Assembly (NCBI GenBank): GCA_964478045.1
Contig: CAYZHO010000001.1
Coordinates: 18,658 to 66,562 of the forward strand
DNA: 47,905 bases
DNA from: an uncultured Myxococcales bacterium
GTDB lineage: Bacteria; Desulfobacterota; Binatia; UBA1149; SPBQ01
Direction of reading: 5' to 3'
Part shown: piece after piece, positions 1-9,481 of the stretch
Layout: each line of letters starts with the position of its first letter
Position numbering within the stretch: the stretch's first letter is position 1
Position numbers and translations under genes: made by a program
Notes under the pieces: generated by a model
Seen by the model: the letters and a program-made list of their open reading frames with translations, nothing else
What the model was told of the DNA's origin: nothing
Databases searched by the model: none

Positions 1-650
1 GCGTGGGTGCGTCACGCGCTGAGCTCGACCGGATTCTCGACCGCCTCGAAGCGGCCGGAGTCGAAAACGTGATTGCGCTGCGCGGGGACCCGCCACGCGA
101 CGCAACCCATTTCGAGCCTGCGCCCGACGGATTGGCACACGCGGTCGATCTGGTTCGCCTGATTCGGTCCCGAGGCCGCCGTTTGTGCGTCGCGGTGGCC
201 GGTTACCCGGAAGGACACGTCGAGGCGCCCGACCTCGACACAGATGTCGGATTCCTGGCGGAGAAAGTAGCGGCGGGGGCCGATCTAGTCATTACACAAC
301 TGTTCTTTGAGAACCGGTTTTACTTCGACTTCGTCGAACGAGCGCGAGCGAGGGGCGTCAAGGTGCCGATTGTACCCGGCATCATGCCGATTACGAACCT
401 CGCGCAGATCGAGCGGTTCACGACGATGTGCGGCGCCACCATTCCGCCTGCCCTGCACCGCGTTCTTGAATGGGCGGGAGACGAGCCGGAACGCGTCGTA
501 CAGATCGGCATTGACCACGCCACCGAACAGTGCATGGAGCTCCTCGAGCGCGGGGCGCCGGGGATCCACTTCTACACGCTCAACAAGTCGCGGTCGACGT
601 ACGAGATTCTCCGCCGCATCCGCGAACGCTACCCGGGAACCGGGGGCTGA
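1..650 (+). CDS. metF: 5,10-methylenetetrahydrofolate reductase (5' truncated by window edge)
   Basis: Motifs IALRGDPP, VAGYPEGH, ITQLFF, PGIMPI and GIHFYTLN. The N-terminal part lies outside the window. Confidence 0.95.
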   Translation, partial: VGASRAELDRILDRLEAAGVENVIALRGDPPRDATHFEPAPDGLAHAVDLVRLIRSRGRRLCVAVAGYPEGHVEAPDLDTDVGFLAEKVAAGADLVITQLFFENRFYFDFVERARARGVKVPIVPGIMPITNLAQIERFTTMCGATIPPALHRVLEWAGDEPERVVQIGIDHATEQCMELLERGAPGIHFYTLNKSRSTYEILRRIRERYPGTGG

Positions 651-678
651 GGCCGAACTCGCGCCTGGTGTGCTCCGT

Positions 679-1014
679 TTAGCGCAGCGTCTCTTTGGGA
701 AGGAAAAAGGCCGCTCGCGGGTAGCACCGCCCGTCTTCGTCGAGCACTGGAGCATCGACATCGATCAACAACCCGACCCGGCCATCCACGGCAAGCTCGG
801 CCCGCCCGAGCGAGTCGTACGCCAGTGCGCCGCGGAACTCATCGAACTGCCTCGCTGCCTCGCCAGCGGGAATCTCGGCCACCAGCACTCGACCGGGATG
901 TAAGTAGACGCGCGCTCGGCACTCCTCTTGCCCGCCTCGAACCAATCGCCAACGCCCGCGGCGGGAGCTCTCGGCGGAATGGTTCGCCGCTTCCGGGCGC
1001 AATAGCATCCACAT
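679..1014 (-). CDS. Small hypothetical protein (~111 aa)
   Basis: ATG at 1014 follows AAGGA, 13 nt after the stop of the co-directional acyl-CoA dehydrogenase. Fills the gap to metF and has a globular-looking composition. Family not recognised. Confidence 0.6.
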   Translation of the reverse strand: MWMLLRPEAANHSAESSRRGRWRLVRGGQEECRARVYLHPGRVLVAEIPAGEAARQFDEFRGALAYDSLGRAELAVDGRVGLLIDVDAPVLDEDGRCYPRAAFFLPKETLR

Positions 1015-1027
1015 GGCACAAGAGTCC

Positions 1028-2173
1028 TTAGAGCCCCATACGCCGGGCAATGATCAGCTTCATGATTTCTGTGGTGCCGGCGAAAATCGTTTGAATCCGC
1101 GCGTCGAGGTAATCCTTGGCGATCGGGTACTCCATCATGTAGCCGTAGCCTCCGTGGAACTGAAGAACCTCGTCGCACGTTTTCTTCAGCAACTCGCTCA
1201 GCCACCATTTGGCCATGCTTACTTCCGACACCAGCTCCCGACCCGCAACGTGTTCCTCGAGCAACCGGTCCACGAAAACCCGGCCGATCTGGATCTCGGT
1301 GGCAAGCTCAGCCAGCCGGAACTGGATGTGCTGGAACTTGCTGATCGGTCGGCCAAAGGCGATTCGCTCCCGGCAGTAACGCACTCCTTCTTCCAGCACC
1401 ATTTCGGCTGCAGCCGCGCAGCTAACCGCCACCACCAGGCGTTCCTGCTGGAGTTTCTCCATCAGGTAGTAAAACCCCATCCCCTCCTCGCCGAGCAGGT
1501 TGTCGCGGGGCACGACACAGTCGGTAAAGCTAAGTTCGGAGGTATCCTGCGCCTTGAGACCCATCTTCTCGAGGCGGCGCCCTTTTTCGAAGCCCGGCGT
1601 CCCGTCTTCAACGACGATCAGAGAGATGCCTTTGTACGGCGGATCCGCGTCGGGATCCGTGCGGGCGCACACGATGACTAGGTCACAGAGCTGGCCGTTC
1701 GAAATGAACGTCTTTTGCCCGTTGATCACGTAGTGGTCGCCCTCGCGCCGGGCGGTAGTCCGAATTCTCGCCAGATCGGAGCCCGCCCCGGGTTCGGTCA
1801 TCGCGATTGCCAGGATCTTCTCGCCGCGGGCGCACGCGGGAAGCCAGCGGCGGTGTTGTTCGGGAGTGCCGTACGAGTAGATGTACGGTGCGCAGATGTC
1901 GTTGTGGAGCGGGAACGCGGGGCCGCTTGCCCTGCAACGTGCGAGCTCTTCGATCATGACCGCCGAATACAGAAAGTCTGCTCCCGAACCACCGAGTTCT
2001 TCCGGGAGGAACGGGCACAAAAAACCGGCTTCGCCCGCCTTGCGCCATAGCGACCGTGGTACGATCCCTTCCTTTTCCCACTGCTCGTGGTACGGAACGA
2101 TTTCGGTCTTGCAAAACTTTGCGAACGCTTCGCGGAACTGTTCGTGCTCCGGGGAGAAAATTTTCCGTTCCAT
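1028..2173 (-). CDS. Acyl-CoA dehydrogenase (long-chain/LCAD-like)
   Basis: Motifs AIAMTEPGAGSDL, INGQKTFISNG, QFHGGYGYM and IFAGTTEIMK. The QERL Glu suggests an LCAD-type catalytic position. Confidence 0.95.
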   Translation of the reverse strand: MERKIFSPEHEQFREAFAKFCKTEIVPYHEQWEKEGIVPRSLWRKAGEAGFLCPFLPEELGGSGADFLYSAVMIEELARCRASGPAFPLHNDICAPYIYSYGTPEQHRRWLPACARGEKILAIAMTEPGAGSDLARIRTTARREGDHYVINGQKTFISNGQLCDLVIVCARTDPDADPPYKGISLIVVEDGTPGFEKGRRLEKMGLKAQDTSELSFTDCVVPRDNLLGEEGMGFYYLMEKLQQERLVVAVSCAAAAEMVLEEGVRYCRERIAFGRPISKFQHIQFRLAELATEIQIGRVFVDRLLEEHVAGRELVSEVSMAKWWLSELLKKTCDEVLQFHGGYGYMMEYPIAKDYLDARIQTIFAGTTEIMKLIIARRMGL

Positions 2174-2442
2174 AGCACGCATCTTTAGCGCCGGGACCGA
2201 GATCTGTCCATTGCATGGCCGCGCGGCGGCCAGCCTCAGCGTCCGGCGCAGCTAGCGCATCGCCACCCGGCCGCGCCCCCCCGCGCGGGCCACCGCCAGG
2301 CGGGGAACCGCTTGCAACGGATTGGCCCCCACGCGCGAATGCCCGAACTACTCGCACCTTGACTGCGCGCTGGGTCCAGGCATTGTTGGTGGCTTCGATT
2401 TTGCGCGCCCGCCGGCGCGCCGCCTTAAGGAGCGATTGCACG

Positions 2443-3435
2443 ATGCCAGAACGGATCCATCCGAACGACGCCCTGTTCGCAGGAGAAAAGCGCTACCCGA
2501 TCATCAACGTCTGCGAGCACTTCGCTGGCAGCGAAAAACTGATCACCAAGGCACTCGAGTTGCAGAACAAGATGGGCGGAATCTTCGACATCACGATGGA
2601 CTGCGAAGACGGCGCCCAGAAAGGCAAGGAAAAGGAACATGCGGAGATGGTCGTCGAGATGGCACGTTCCTCGCTGAACCAGCACAAGAAAGCGGGCGTG
2701 CGCATCCACGACCACAGTAACCCGTGGTGGCGCCAGGACGTCGATATCGTGGTGCCAGCGGCCGGAAACGAGATCGCGTACATCACGCTGCCGAAACCAA
2801 CCTGTGTCGGAGATGCGGCCGAGCAGATCGATTACATCAAGAAAGTCGCGGCCGATGCGGGTATCGAGCGGCAGATCCCAATTCACGTTCTGGTGGAAAC
2901 CCACGGAGCGCTGCGCGACGCCTACGAGATTGCGGCGCTCGATTGGGTGGAGGTGCTCGACTTTGGCCTGATGGACTTCATTTCTGGTTTCCATGGTGCA
3001 ATTCCGGCCTCGTGCATGCGCTCCCCGGGACAGTTCGAACACCAGGCGATTGCCTACGCCAAGGCCCGGGTGGTAAACGCGGCCATGTGCGCTGGGGTTG
3101 TCCCCGCCCACAATGTGACCCTGGACCTCAAGAACGCCTACCAAACCTATCAGGACGCATACCGCGCCAAGAACGAGTTCGGATTCCTGCGAATGTGGTC
3201 TATCTACCCAGCGCAGATCCAGCCGATCATCGATGCGATGAAGCCAGAGTTCACCGAGGTCGAAACCGGCGTGAAGATCCTCATGGCTGCGCAAGACGCG
3301 AACTGGGGTCCCATTCAGTACGAGGGCGAGCTCCACGATCGCGCCACGTACCGGTACTTCTGGGAGCTCGTTCAAAAAGCGAGGGTGACGGGCCTGCCGC
3401 TGCCCGAGGAAGCCGTGGCACGATGGTTCTCGTAG
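2443..3435 (+). CDS. HpcH/HpaI aldolase / citrate lyase beta (CitE-like) family protein
   Basis: Motifs MDCEDGA, GVRIH, TLPK, LVETH, FGLMDF and MWSIYPAQI. AAGGAG SD at 2427-2432 supports ATG 2443. Confidence 0.85.
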   Translation: MPERIHPNDALFAGEKRYPIINVCEHFAGSEKLITKALELQNKMGGIFDITMDCEDGAQKGKEKEHAEMVVEMARSSLNQHKKAGVRIHDHSNPWWRQDVDIVVPAAGNEIAYITLPKPTCVGDAAEQIDYIKKVAADAGIERQIPIHVLVETHGALRDAYEIAALDWVEVLDFGLMDFISGFHGAIPASCMRSPGQFEHQAIAYAKARVVNAAMCAGVVPAHNVTLDLKNAYQTYQDAYRAKNEFGFLRMWSIYPAQIQPIIDAMKPEFTEVETGVKILMAAQDANWGPIQYEGELHDRATYRYFWELVQKARVTGLPLPEEAVARWFS

Positions 3436-3439
3436 GGCT

Positions 3440-4078
3440 TTAGTCTCCCGCCACCACTCTTCCGAAAGCCTGCTCGTAGGCGCACACGAACCGCACGAGC
3501 TCCGCCGCCGAACTCGCACCGAGTTTGGCCATCACCCGGGCCCTGTGCGATTCGACCGTTTTCGGACTGATCCCGAGTTCGGCGGCGATGAGTTTGTTGT
3601 GCTTGCCCGCTACCACTCCATCAAGAACTTCCCGCTCCCGCGGGGTCAGTCGCGCCATACGCGCAGCCAGCCGGGAGCGCTCTTCAGCCAACCGCCTCCG
3701 CTCGCGCCCCTCAGCAAGCGCCTCGTTCACCCGGGCCAGCAAGTCTTGCTCGCTGAACGGTTTCTCCAGAAAGTCGATGGCTCCCTGGCGCATGGCCCGT
3801 GTTGAAGTCGGCACGTCACCGTAAGCCGTGATCATAATGATCGGGATATCGATGCCCAGCGACACCAGCGTGTCTTGCAACTCGGGACCGCTGCGGCCGG
3901 GCATGCGGACATCGAGGATCAAGCACCCAGCCCGATCGGGGTCGAACCTCTCGAGGAACTCGTTCCCGTCGGCGAAGGTTTCCACGCGCAGCCCGACCGA
4001 CTCGAGCAAGTACGACAGAGATTGCCTCATCCCCTGATCGTCGTCGACTACGTACACGGTTTCGTTCGGCTGTATCAT
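3440..4078 (-). CDS. fixJ: FixJ/TtrR-type response regulator (REC + LuxR HTH)
   Basis: Motifs VVDDD, LDVRMPGRSG and DFLEKP; HTH LTPREREVL...NKLIAAELGISPKTVESHRARVM. ATGA overlap with the upstream kinase. Confidence 0.9.
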   Translation of the reverse strand: MIQPNETVYVVDDDQGMRQSLSYLLESVGLRVETFADGNEFLERFDPDRAGCLILDVRMPGRSGPELQDTLVSLGIDIPIIMITAYGDVPTSTRAMRQGAIDFLEKPFSEQDLLARVNEALAEGRERRRLAEERSRLAARMARLTPREREVLDGVVAGKHNKLIAAELGISPKTVESHRARVMAKLGASSAAELVRFVCAYEQAFGRVVAGD

Positions 4079-7000
4079 AGGTCATATCCCCCCTTTCCGG
4101 CGGGTAGCTTCACGGTGAATCGAACGAGTCCCGGTTTGTTCGCCTCAAGCTCAAGCCGTCCCTTGTGTGCTTCTACGATCGAGCGGCTCAACGACAAACC
4201 GAGGCCGAGTCCGCCCGGGCGCGTGGAGAAGAACGGGTCGAACGCGCGGCTTGCCGCTTCTGCGCTGAGCGGAGGACCGTCGTTCTCAACCTCGATGCGA
4301 ACGGTCTCGTCCGGACCAGGCGCGGTCCGCACGACAATTTTGCCACCGCCCTTTTCGCGAAGAGCATCGGCAGCGTTCCGTACCAGGTTGAGAATGACTT
4401 GCTGGATCTGAACCACGTCGAGATGCACTGGCGGAAGCGCCGCCGCCGGCTCTAGCTCCAGACTGATGCCGGCCCGCTCGACTTCCCGGCGGGCGAGTCG
4501 CAACACGTCGCGCACGATCTCGTTGAGTTCGGCCCACTCCAAGCTTGGCGGGCCCTTGCGCACGTGCCGTTCGATGCCGGCCACGATCGCCTCAGCCCGC
4601 CGTGCCTGCTCTTCGATCCCGTCGAGCGCCACAGCTAGCCGCGCAGCCTCGCACTTTCCCCGCTCGAGCTGCGTGCGTACTCCCCCCACGAAAACGCAGA
4701 TCGACGATATCGGTTGCCTGACCTCGTGAACGATGTCGGCCGCGAGCTCGCTCAGCGTCCCCACTCGCAGAACCCTCGCTAGCTCGCTAAGGTGCCGCTC
4801 GGCCCTCAGTTCGCTCCGCCGGCGCGCAAAGGCTGCTGCTAGTATGTCGGCCGCGACGGTGGCCAATCCCTGAAATGCTTTGCTCCAAGGCGCTTCCTCG
4901 CGATAGCGGGCGAACAGCAGAAAGCCAAGGGGCCTTGCTCCCTCCGCCAGCGGAACCAACAGCACGCTCTTTACCGACAGACGTTCGAGAACCCGCTGTA
5001 GTCCCTGCGCTTCCGCTGGGAGTTCCTCGAGAGCTTGGATCACCAGCGACTCCCTGCGGTCAGCGAGCCGCGCCAAGTACGGAGCGTCGGCAACCGAAAA
5101 AGACGTTCCGACCGGCAACATCGGCGCTTCTTCGCGCGACCAGGCATAGCGGATCGCGTACTGGGAACTCTCTTCGTCGAGCAGAAGGATTTGCGCGTAG
5201 TCGAAATCTCCGCCCTCGGCAAGGCGGCCCAGTCCCGTCTCGACTGTAGCGTGGAACTCGTCGTCGCGCGCCGCCAACAGTTGTCCTGCCAGCTCGCTAG
5301 TGGTGCGCTCGAATCGGCGCAGCCGCTCGAGCTGCAGCAACGAACGGCGCCGCTCTTCGACGCTCGCGAACAGCTCGGCGGCTACACTGAACACGTGCAG
5401 ATCCTCGGCCGACCACTGGCGCCCGGGCTGAGCGGTTCCAAGCCCGAGCCAGCCTATCGCCTTGCCTTCACTGTTGACGGGAATGTGAAGGGCCGTGTTG
5501 ATGCCGAGGCTCTGCATCCACCGCCGGGCTTCCTCGGGCACTTGGAAAACCCCGCCGGGGCTTACGTCGCTCTGCCAGATGTAGCTGTTCTCTAGCGCCC
5601 GCCTGAGCCCGGGCAAGCTGTCAATCATGACTCGCCGGAACTCATCGGGCACCATCGGGACGCCATCACGCGTCGCCTCGTGGGCAAGCCGTGCCCAGCG
5701 CCCATCCCCCTCGAGCAGGAAGAGGCCCGCCCGCTCGACGCCGGCAAAGTCTAGGAGGCTCTTGAGCGCCGCCGCAATTGCTTCCGCCATGCGCTCTAGC
5801 GGCCGATTGATGAAATCTGCCGCAAGCTGGCCGATCAGCGTCAGGATGCTCTCGCGCCGGGCTTGTTCCCGAGACAGTCGCATCCGTTCGCTCGCGTCAC
5901 GAAAAACAACCACGGCGCCTTGAATGCGCCCGTCCTCCCAGATCGGCGTGCTCACGTAATCCACCGGGAAACAGGTTCCGTCCCGCCGCCAGAAAACCTC
6001 CCCCTCAATCGTGCGCGTGCGTCCGTCGCGAAACGCGGCATAAATGGGACACTCTTCGGCCGGGTACGGGCTACCGTCGCTGCGGTGGTGATGGAGCACG
6101 TCGTGTTGCCGGCGTCCGATGAGTTCCTCCCGCGACCAGCCGATCATCCGTGCCGCAGCCGCGTTGACGAACGTGGTCCGCCCCTCGCAGTCGAGCCCGT
6201 AGATGCCTTCCCCAGCCGCCTCGAGAATCAAACGGTGCCGCTCGCGTAGCGCCGCAAGCCGGCGCTCGACCCGCTGCCTGGCAACTGCGCTGGCGAGCAT
6301 CTCGGCCGCCACGCGAAACATGCCGACCGTTTCCGGCGACCAGTCCTCCTGCGGCCGCCGCGAGTTGAAGCCGAACAACGCGCGCACCCCTTGGCCAACC
6401 CGGAGCGGGATCGTAAACGCCGACACCAACCCCGCGCGTTCGCAGGCTTCTCGCTCCGCAGCCGCCTCCGGAGGAAAAGCATCGAGTCGCGGCAACCATA
6501 CGATCTCTCCCCTTGCGACCCGCTCTCGCACCCAAGGGAATCGTGCGAGCGAGAAACCCTCGAAGCGCTCTCGTGCGTCCTCTCGCCCGTCGGCCGTCCA
6601 CCAGTACGCTTTCTCGGTCTGCCCTTCCGGGTCACGCAAGACCATTAGGTATGCTTCGTCCACACCCGCAAAGCGGCCGAGCTGCTCGAGTGCCCGGCGC
6701 AAGCGTTCCTCGAGTCGCTGGCTCGGCGTCGTTAGGAACTCCGTGGCGATCCCGCTCACCAGCCGGAACAGCTCGGCCCGCATCACGGTCCGCTTCTTGG
6801 CGAGAACCCGTTCCGTAACGTCTTCCGAAACGCCCGCAATCCGTCCGCGCCCTTCGCGCTCTGCCGCAAGCGGAAATACACGGGTGCGGATCCACCGAGT
6901 CTCGCCGCTCTTGGCCACGATCCGGAACTCTTCCTCACGACTCTCGCCAGGCTCGGGTACGCTCGAGAATACCTGGGCGAACCTTCGCCGATCCGCTGGT

Positions 7001-8133
7001 ACGATTCGCGAGAATATGACACCCGGGTTGCGGTAGACTTCTTCAGGCGAAATGCCGAATAGACGCTCGTGGGCCGGACTCGCATATACCACCCGCGGCG
7101 GGTCCACCTCGGCAACCCAAACCAAATGGTCGATGCTGGCCGCCAGCCGCGCGAACAGCTCGCTCGTTTCGGCCAGCCGGGCCTCCCGCTCGACTCGTTC
7201 GATGAGCGCGCCGATCTGCTGGCTCGCAATCTCAAGGATCGCTAGCTGGTCGGCCGTCCATGGCCTGGCCCGGCTCGCAGCGAACGACAGTAGCCCGAGT
7301 CGGCCGGACGGCGCCACGATGTTGGCTGCCGCGAATGAGCGCACCGACAATGCATCGAGAAACGCCCGCGCCTCGGGTCGCAATCCCTCCACCTCGGCGA
7401 GGTCGTCCACTGCAACGATGTGGCTTTCGGCAAGCTCCCCGTGCCACCAGGGAAACATGGCAGTCGGAATCGGGGCGACCCGATCCTTGATGGGCTCTCG
7501 CCCGGGTGCGTGCCACTCGTGAGTAAACTCGAGGACTGACGTCCCCTTCCGGGCCAAGAAGACGCCGGCTCGCATGACCCCGGCAAATTCGGCCGCATAC
7601 CTCAGCGCTTCCACAATCGCGTGGTCGATCTCTCTGGTCGGCACGTTGATAAAGCGCAGGGCCAGCGCGCTTGCCACTCGGCTGTACTCGAGCTGCCGGG
7701 CCAGTGCCGCCGCGATCGCGTGCGATGAACGCCGGTCGACAATCTGCGTGAGGAAGCCGCGCACCCTTCCGCTCGAATCGCGCAGCGCCGCGGCGTGCAT
7801 GAGAACGGGAATCAGTGCGCCTGCGGCCGTTCGCAGGCGAACCGGAATCTCGAACTCGTCGGCTCGCCCCTCCAAACAGCGGGCGGCCTGTTCGGCCACG
7901 GCTTCGAGATCTGCAGCGTCGATAATCTCGGCGAGCGGGCGGCGCCGGTACTCTTCGGCGGTCAACCCGAGCATCGCCCGCAACATCCGGTTCACCCAGA
8001 CTACGGTCCCGTCGACCGCACGCAGCGCCATCCCGACCGAGGCGCTTTCGAAACAATTCGAAAGCGCCTCGAACGGCTCCGCCGCAGCGAGGTTTCCGAT
8101 TTCCGAAAGTGCCCGCTCAGTCCCCGAGTCCAC
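4075..8133 (-). CDS. Soluble multi-sensor histidine kinase (3 PAS + 4 GAF + HisKA + HATPase; FixL-class core)
   Basis: H-box IVHEVRQP, N-box QVILNLVRNA, NDGPP, F/G-box FDPFFSTRPGGLGLGL. Repeated PAS and GAF modules; no obvious TM helix. Confidence 0.9.
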   Translation of the reverse strand: MDSGTERALSEIGNLAAAEPFEALSNCFESASVGMALRAVDGTVVWVNRMLRAMLGLTAEEYRRRPLAEIIDAADLEAVAEQAARCLEGRADEFEIPVRLRTAAGALIPVLMHAAALRDSSGRVRGFLTQIVDRRSSHAIAAALARQLEYSRVASALALRFINVPTREIDHAIVEALRYAAEFAGVMRAGVFLARKGTSVLEFTHEWHAPGREPIKDRVAPIPTAMFPWWHGELAESHIVAVDDLAEVEGLRPEARAFLDALSVRSFAAANIVAPSGRLGLLSFAASRARPWTADQLAILEIASQQIGALIERVEREARLAETSELFARLAASIDHLVWVAEVDPPRVVYASPAHERLFGISPEEVYRNPGVIFSRIVPADRRRFAQVFSSVPEPGESREEEFRIVAKSGETRWIRTRVFPLAAEREGRGRIAGVSEDVTERVLAKKRTVMRAELFRLVSGIATEFLTTPSQRLEERLRRALEQLGRFAGVDEAYLMVLRDPEGQTEKAYWWTADGREDARERFEGFSLARFPWVRERVARGEIVWLPRLDAFPPEAAAEREACERAGLVSAFTIPLRVGQGVRALFGFNSRRPQEDWSPETVGMFRVAAEMLASAVARQRVERRLAALRERHRLILEAAGEGIYGLDCEGRTTFVNAAAARMIGWSREELIGRRQHDVLHHHRSDGSPYPAEECPIYAAFRDGRTRTIEGEVFWRRDGTCFPVDYVSTPIWEDGRIQGAVVVFRDASERMRLSREQARRESILTLIGQLAADFINRPLERMAEAIAAALKSLLDFAGVERAGLFLLEGDGRWARLAHEATRDGVPMVPDEFRRVMIDSLPGLRRALENSYIWQSDVSPGGVFQVPEEARRWMQSLGINTALHIPVNSEGKAIGWLGLGTAQPGRQWSAEDLHVFSVAAELFASVEERRRSLLQLERLRRFERTTSELAGQLLAARDDEFHATVETGLGRLAEGGDFDYAQILLLDEESSQYAIRYAWSREEAPMLPVGTSFSVADAPYLARLADRRESLVIQALEELPAEAQGLQRVLERLSVKSVLLVPLAEGARPLGFLLFARYREEAPWSKAFQGLATVAADILAAAFARRRSELRAERHLSELARVLRVGTLSELAADIVHEVRQPISSICVFVGGVRTQLERGKCEAARLAVALDGIEEQARRAEAIVAGIERHVRKGPPSLEWAELNEIVRDVLRLARREVERAGISLELEPAAALPPVHLDVVQIQQVILNLVRNAADALREKGGGKIVVRTAPGPDETVRIEVENDGPPLSAEAASRAFDPFFSTRPGGLGLGLSLSRSIVEAHKGRLELEANKPGLVRFTVKLPAGKGGYDL

Positions 8134-8198
8134 TTGACCGCACTTCGACGAATGTCAGACGATGGGCTTTTGTACTCGAACGATAGCAAGTAGCGCAA

Positions 8199-8250
8199 GG
8201 GTTTTCCCGTACACCGGGACAGATTCTGATGCTCCAGTCCGGGAAAGCCC
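8199..8250. promoter_or_regulatory. Inverted repeat GGGTTTTCCCG / CGGGAAAGCCC upstream of the kinase (candidate operator)
   Basis: 10/11-nt inverted match at 8199-8209 and 8240-8250 in the intergenic region, with a partial copy (GGGCTTT) at 8164. Confidence 0.35.
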
Positions 8251-8342
8251 CACCCTCGAATGGGGGGCGCCTGCGCCTTTCGTGGCTATCTCGCGGCAAA
8301 CGCCGCGCAGGAGCCGGCCTAGCAGCTGTCGTGGCGTGGGAA

Positions 8343-9467
8343 CTAGAAGCCGCTCAGGCGCGCAAACCGCTCCCGGTGGTAACGCGCGTCCCCGAACGTC
8401 AACTCGTCGCCACGCGCGCGCTTGGCGTAAAGACCGATGTCGTGCTCGTCTGTCATGCCGATCCCCCCGTGCATTTGAATCCCTTCGTACCCGGCTAGGA
8501 CAGCGGCTTCCGAGCACTGCGCTTTGGCCACGGAAACCATTGCAGCTGCGTCCTCGCGGCCCTCGTCGAGCGCTTCGCACGCGCCTAGCACCGCCGACCT
8601 CGCTAGCTCGATCTCGATAAATAGTTTGGCAGCACGATGCTTGAGTGCTTGAAAAGACCCGATCGGCACTCCGAACTGCTCACGGGTCTTCAAGTACTCG
8701 AGCGTCATCGCAAAAGCCGCTTCGGCGCAGCCGAGCATCTCCGCGCATAATCCAACAGTGGCCCGGTCGATCACCTGCTCGAGCACGCGGGCACCCTCGC
8801 CCGGATCACCAAGAAGCGCCTCAGCATCAACCTGCACGTCATCGAGAGTCACGACCGCCGCCGGGCGTAGATGAACCGTGTGCTGGCGCTGGCGCCGCAG
8901 GCCTGGCGATTCCGCGCTGACCAGGAACAGCCCTACTCCTCCGTCGAGCAGTGCGCTCACGACTAGGGTATCGGCCGCGTGGCCGTTCCACACCAGCGTT
9001 TTTTCGCCCCGCAGGAGGAAGCCCGACCCGCTCTTCCTGGCGACGGTTCGCGGCGAACCGAAATCGTACCGCTGCCCCCTCTCGTGGTACGCCAGTGCCA
9101 TCAAACGCGTGCCGTCGGCCACTCCTGGAAGCAGCCGTCGCTTTTGTTGCTCGTTGCCCGCTAGGGCCACGACTCCGCCCCCGAGTAACACCGAGGCGAC
9201 GAGCGGTTCCGGCACCAGCGCCTTTCCGCATTCCTCGAGTACGCAGGCCAGCGCCAGGTAACCCATTCCGAGGCCTCCGTACTCCTCCTCAATCGGGATC
9301 GCCTGCCAGCCCAGCTCTGCCATACGCCGCCACACATCCATCGAGAAGCCAAGCGGGTCGCCGCTGTCCCGGAGCCGGCGCAGCCGCGACACCGGGGATT
9401 CCTTTTGAACGAAATCCGCGGCGGTGCGCTTGAGAAGTCGCTGATCTTCGTCAAGGAGCAGGGCCAC
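8343..9467 (-). CDS. Acyl-CoA dehydrogenase, PimD-like partner subunit
   Basis: Motifs REQFGVPIGSFQALKH and IQMHGGIGMTDE; divergent C-terminus ELTFGD. Lies 14 nt downstream of the second ACAD. Confidence 0.9.
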   Translation of the reverse strand: MALLLDEDQRLLKRTAADFVQKESPVSRLRRLRDSGDPLGFSMDVWRRMAELGWQAIPIEEEYGGLGMGYLALACVLEECGKALVPEPLVASVLLGGGVVALAGNEQQKRRLLPGVADGTRLMALAYHERGQRYDFGSPRTVARKSGSGFLLRGEKTLVWNGHAADTLVVSALLDGGVGLFLVSAESPGLRRQRQHTVHLRPAAVVTLDDVQVDAEALLGDPGEGARVLEQVIDRATVGLCAEMLGCAEAAFAMTLEYLKTREQFGVPIGSFQALKHRAAKLFIEIELARSAVLGACEALDEGREDAAAMVSVAKAQCSEAAVLAGYEGIQMHGGIGMTDEHDIGLYAKRARGDELTFGDARYHRERFARLSGF

Positions 9468-9481
9468 TACTTTCGCCTCCC

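Noticed and set aside
2215-2442. Pro/Ala-rich extension of the CitE-like ORF
   Set aside because: This is the divergent promoter region. A strong SD supports ATG 2443.
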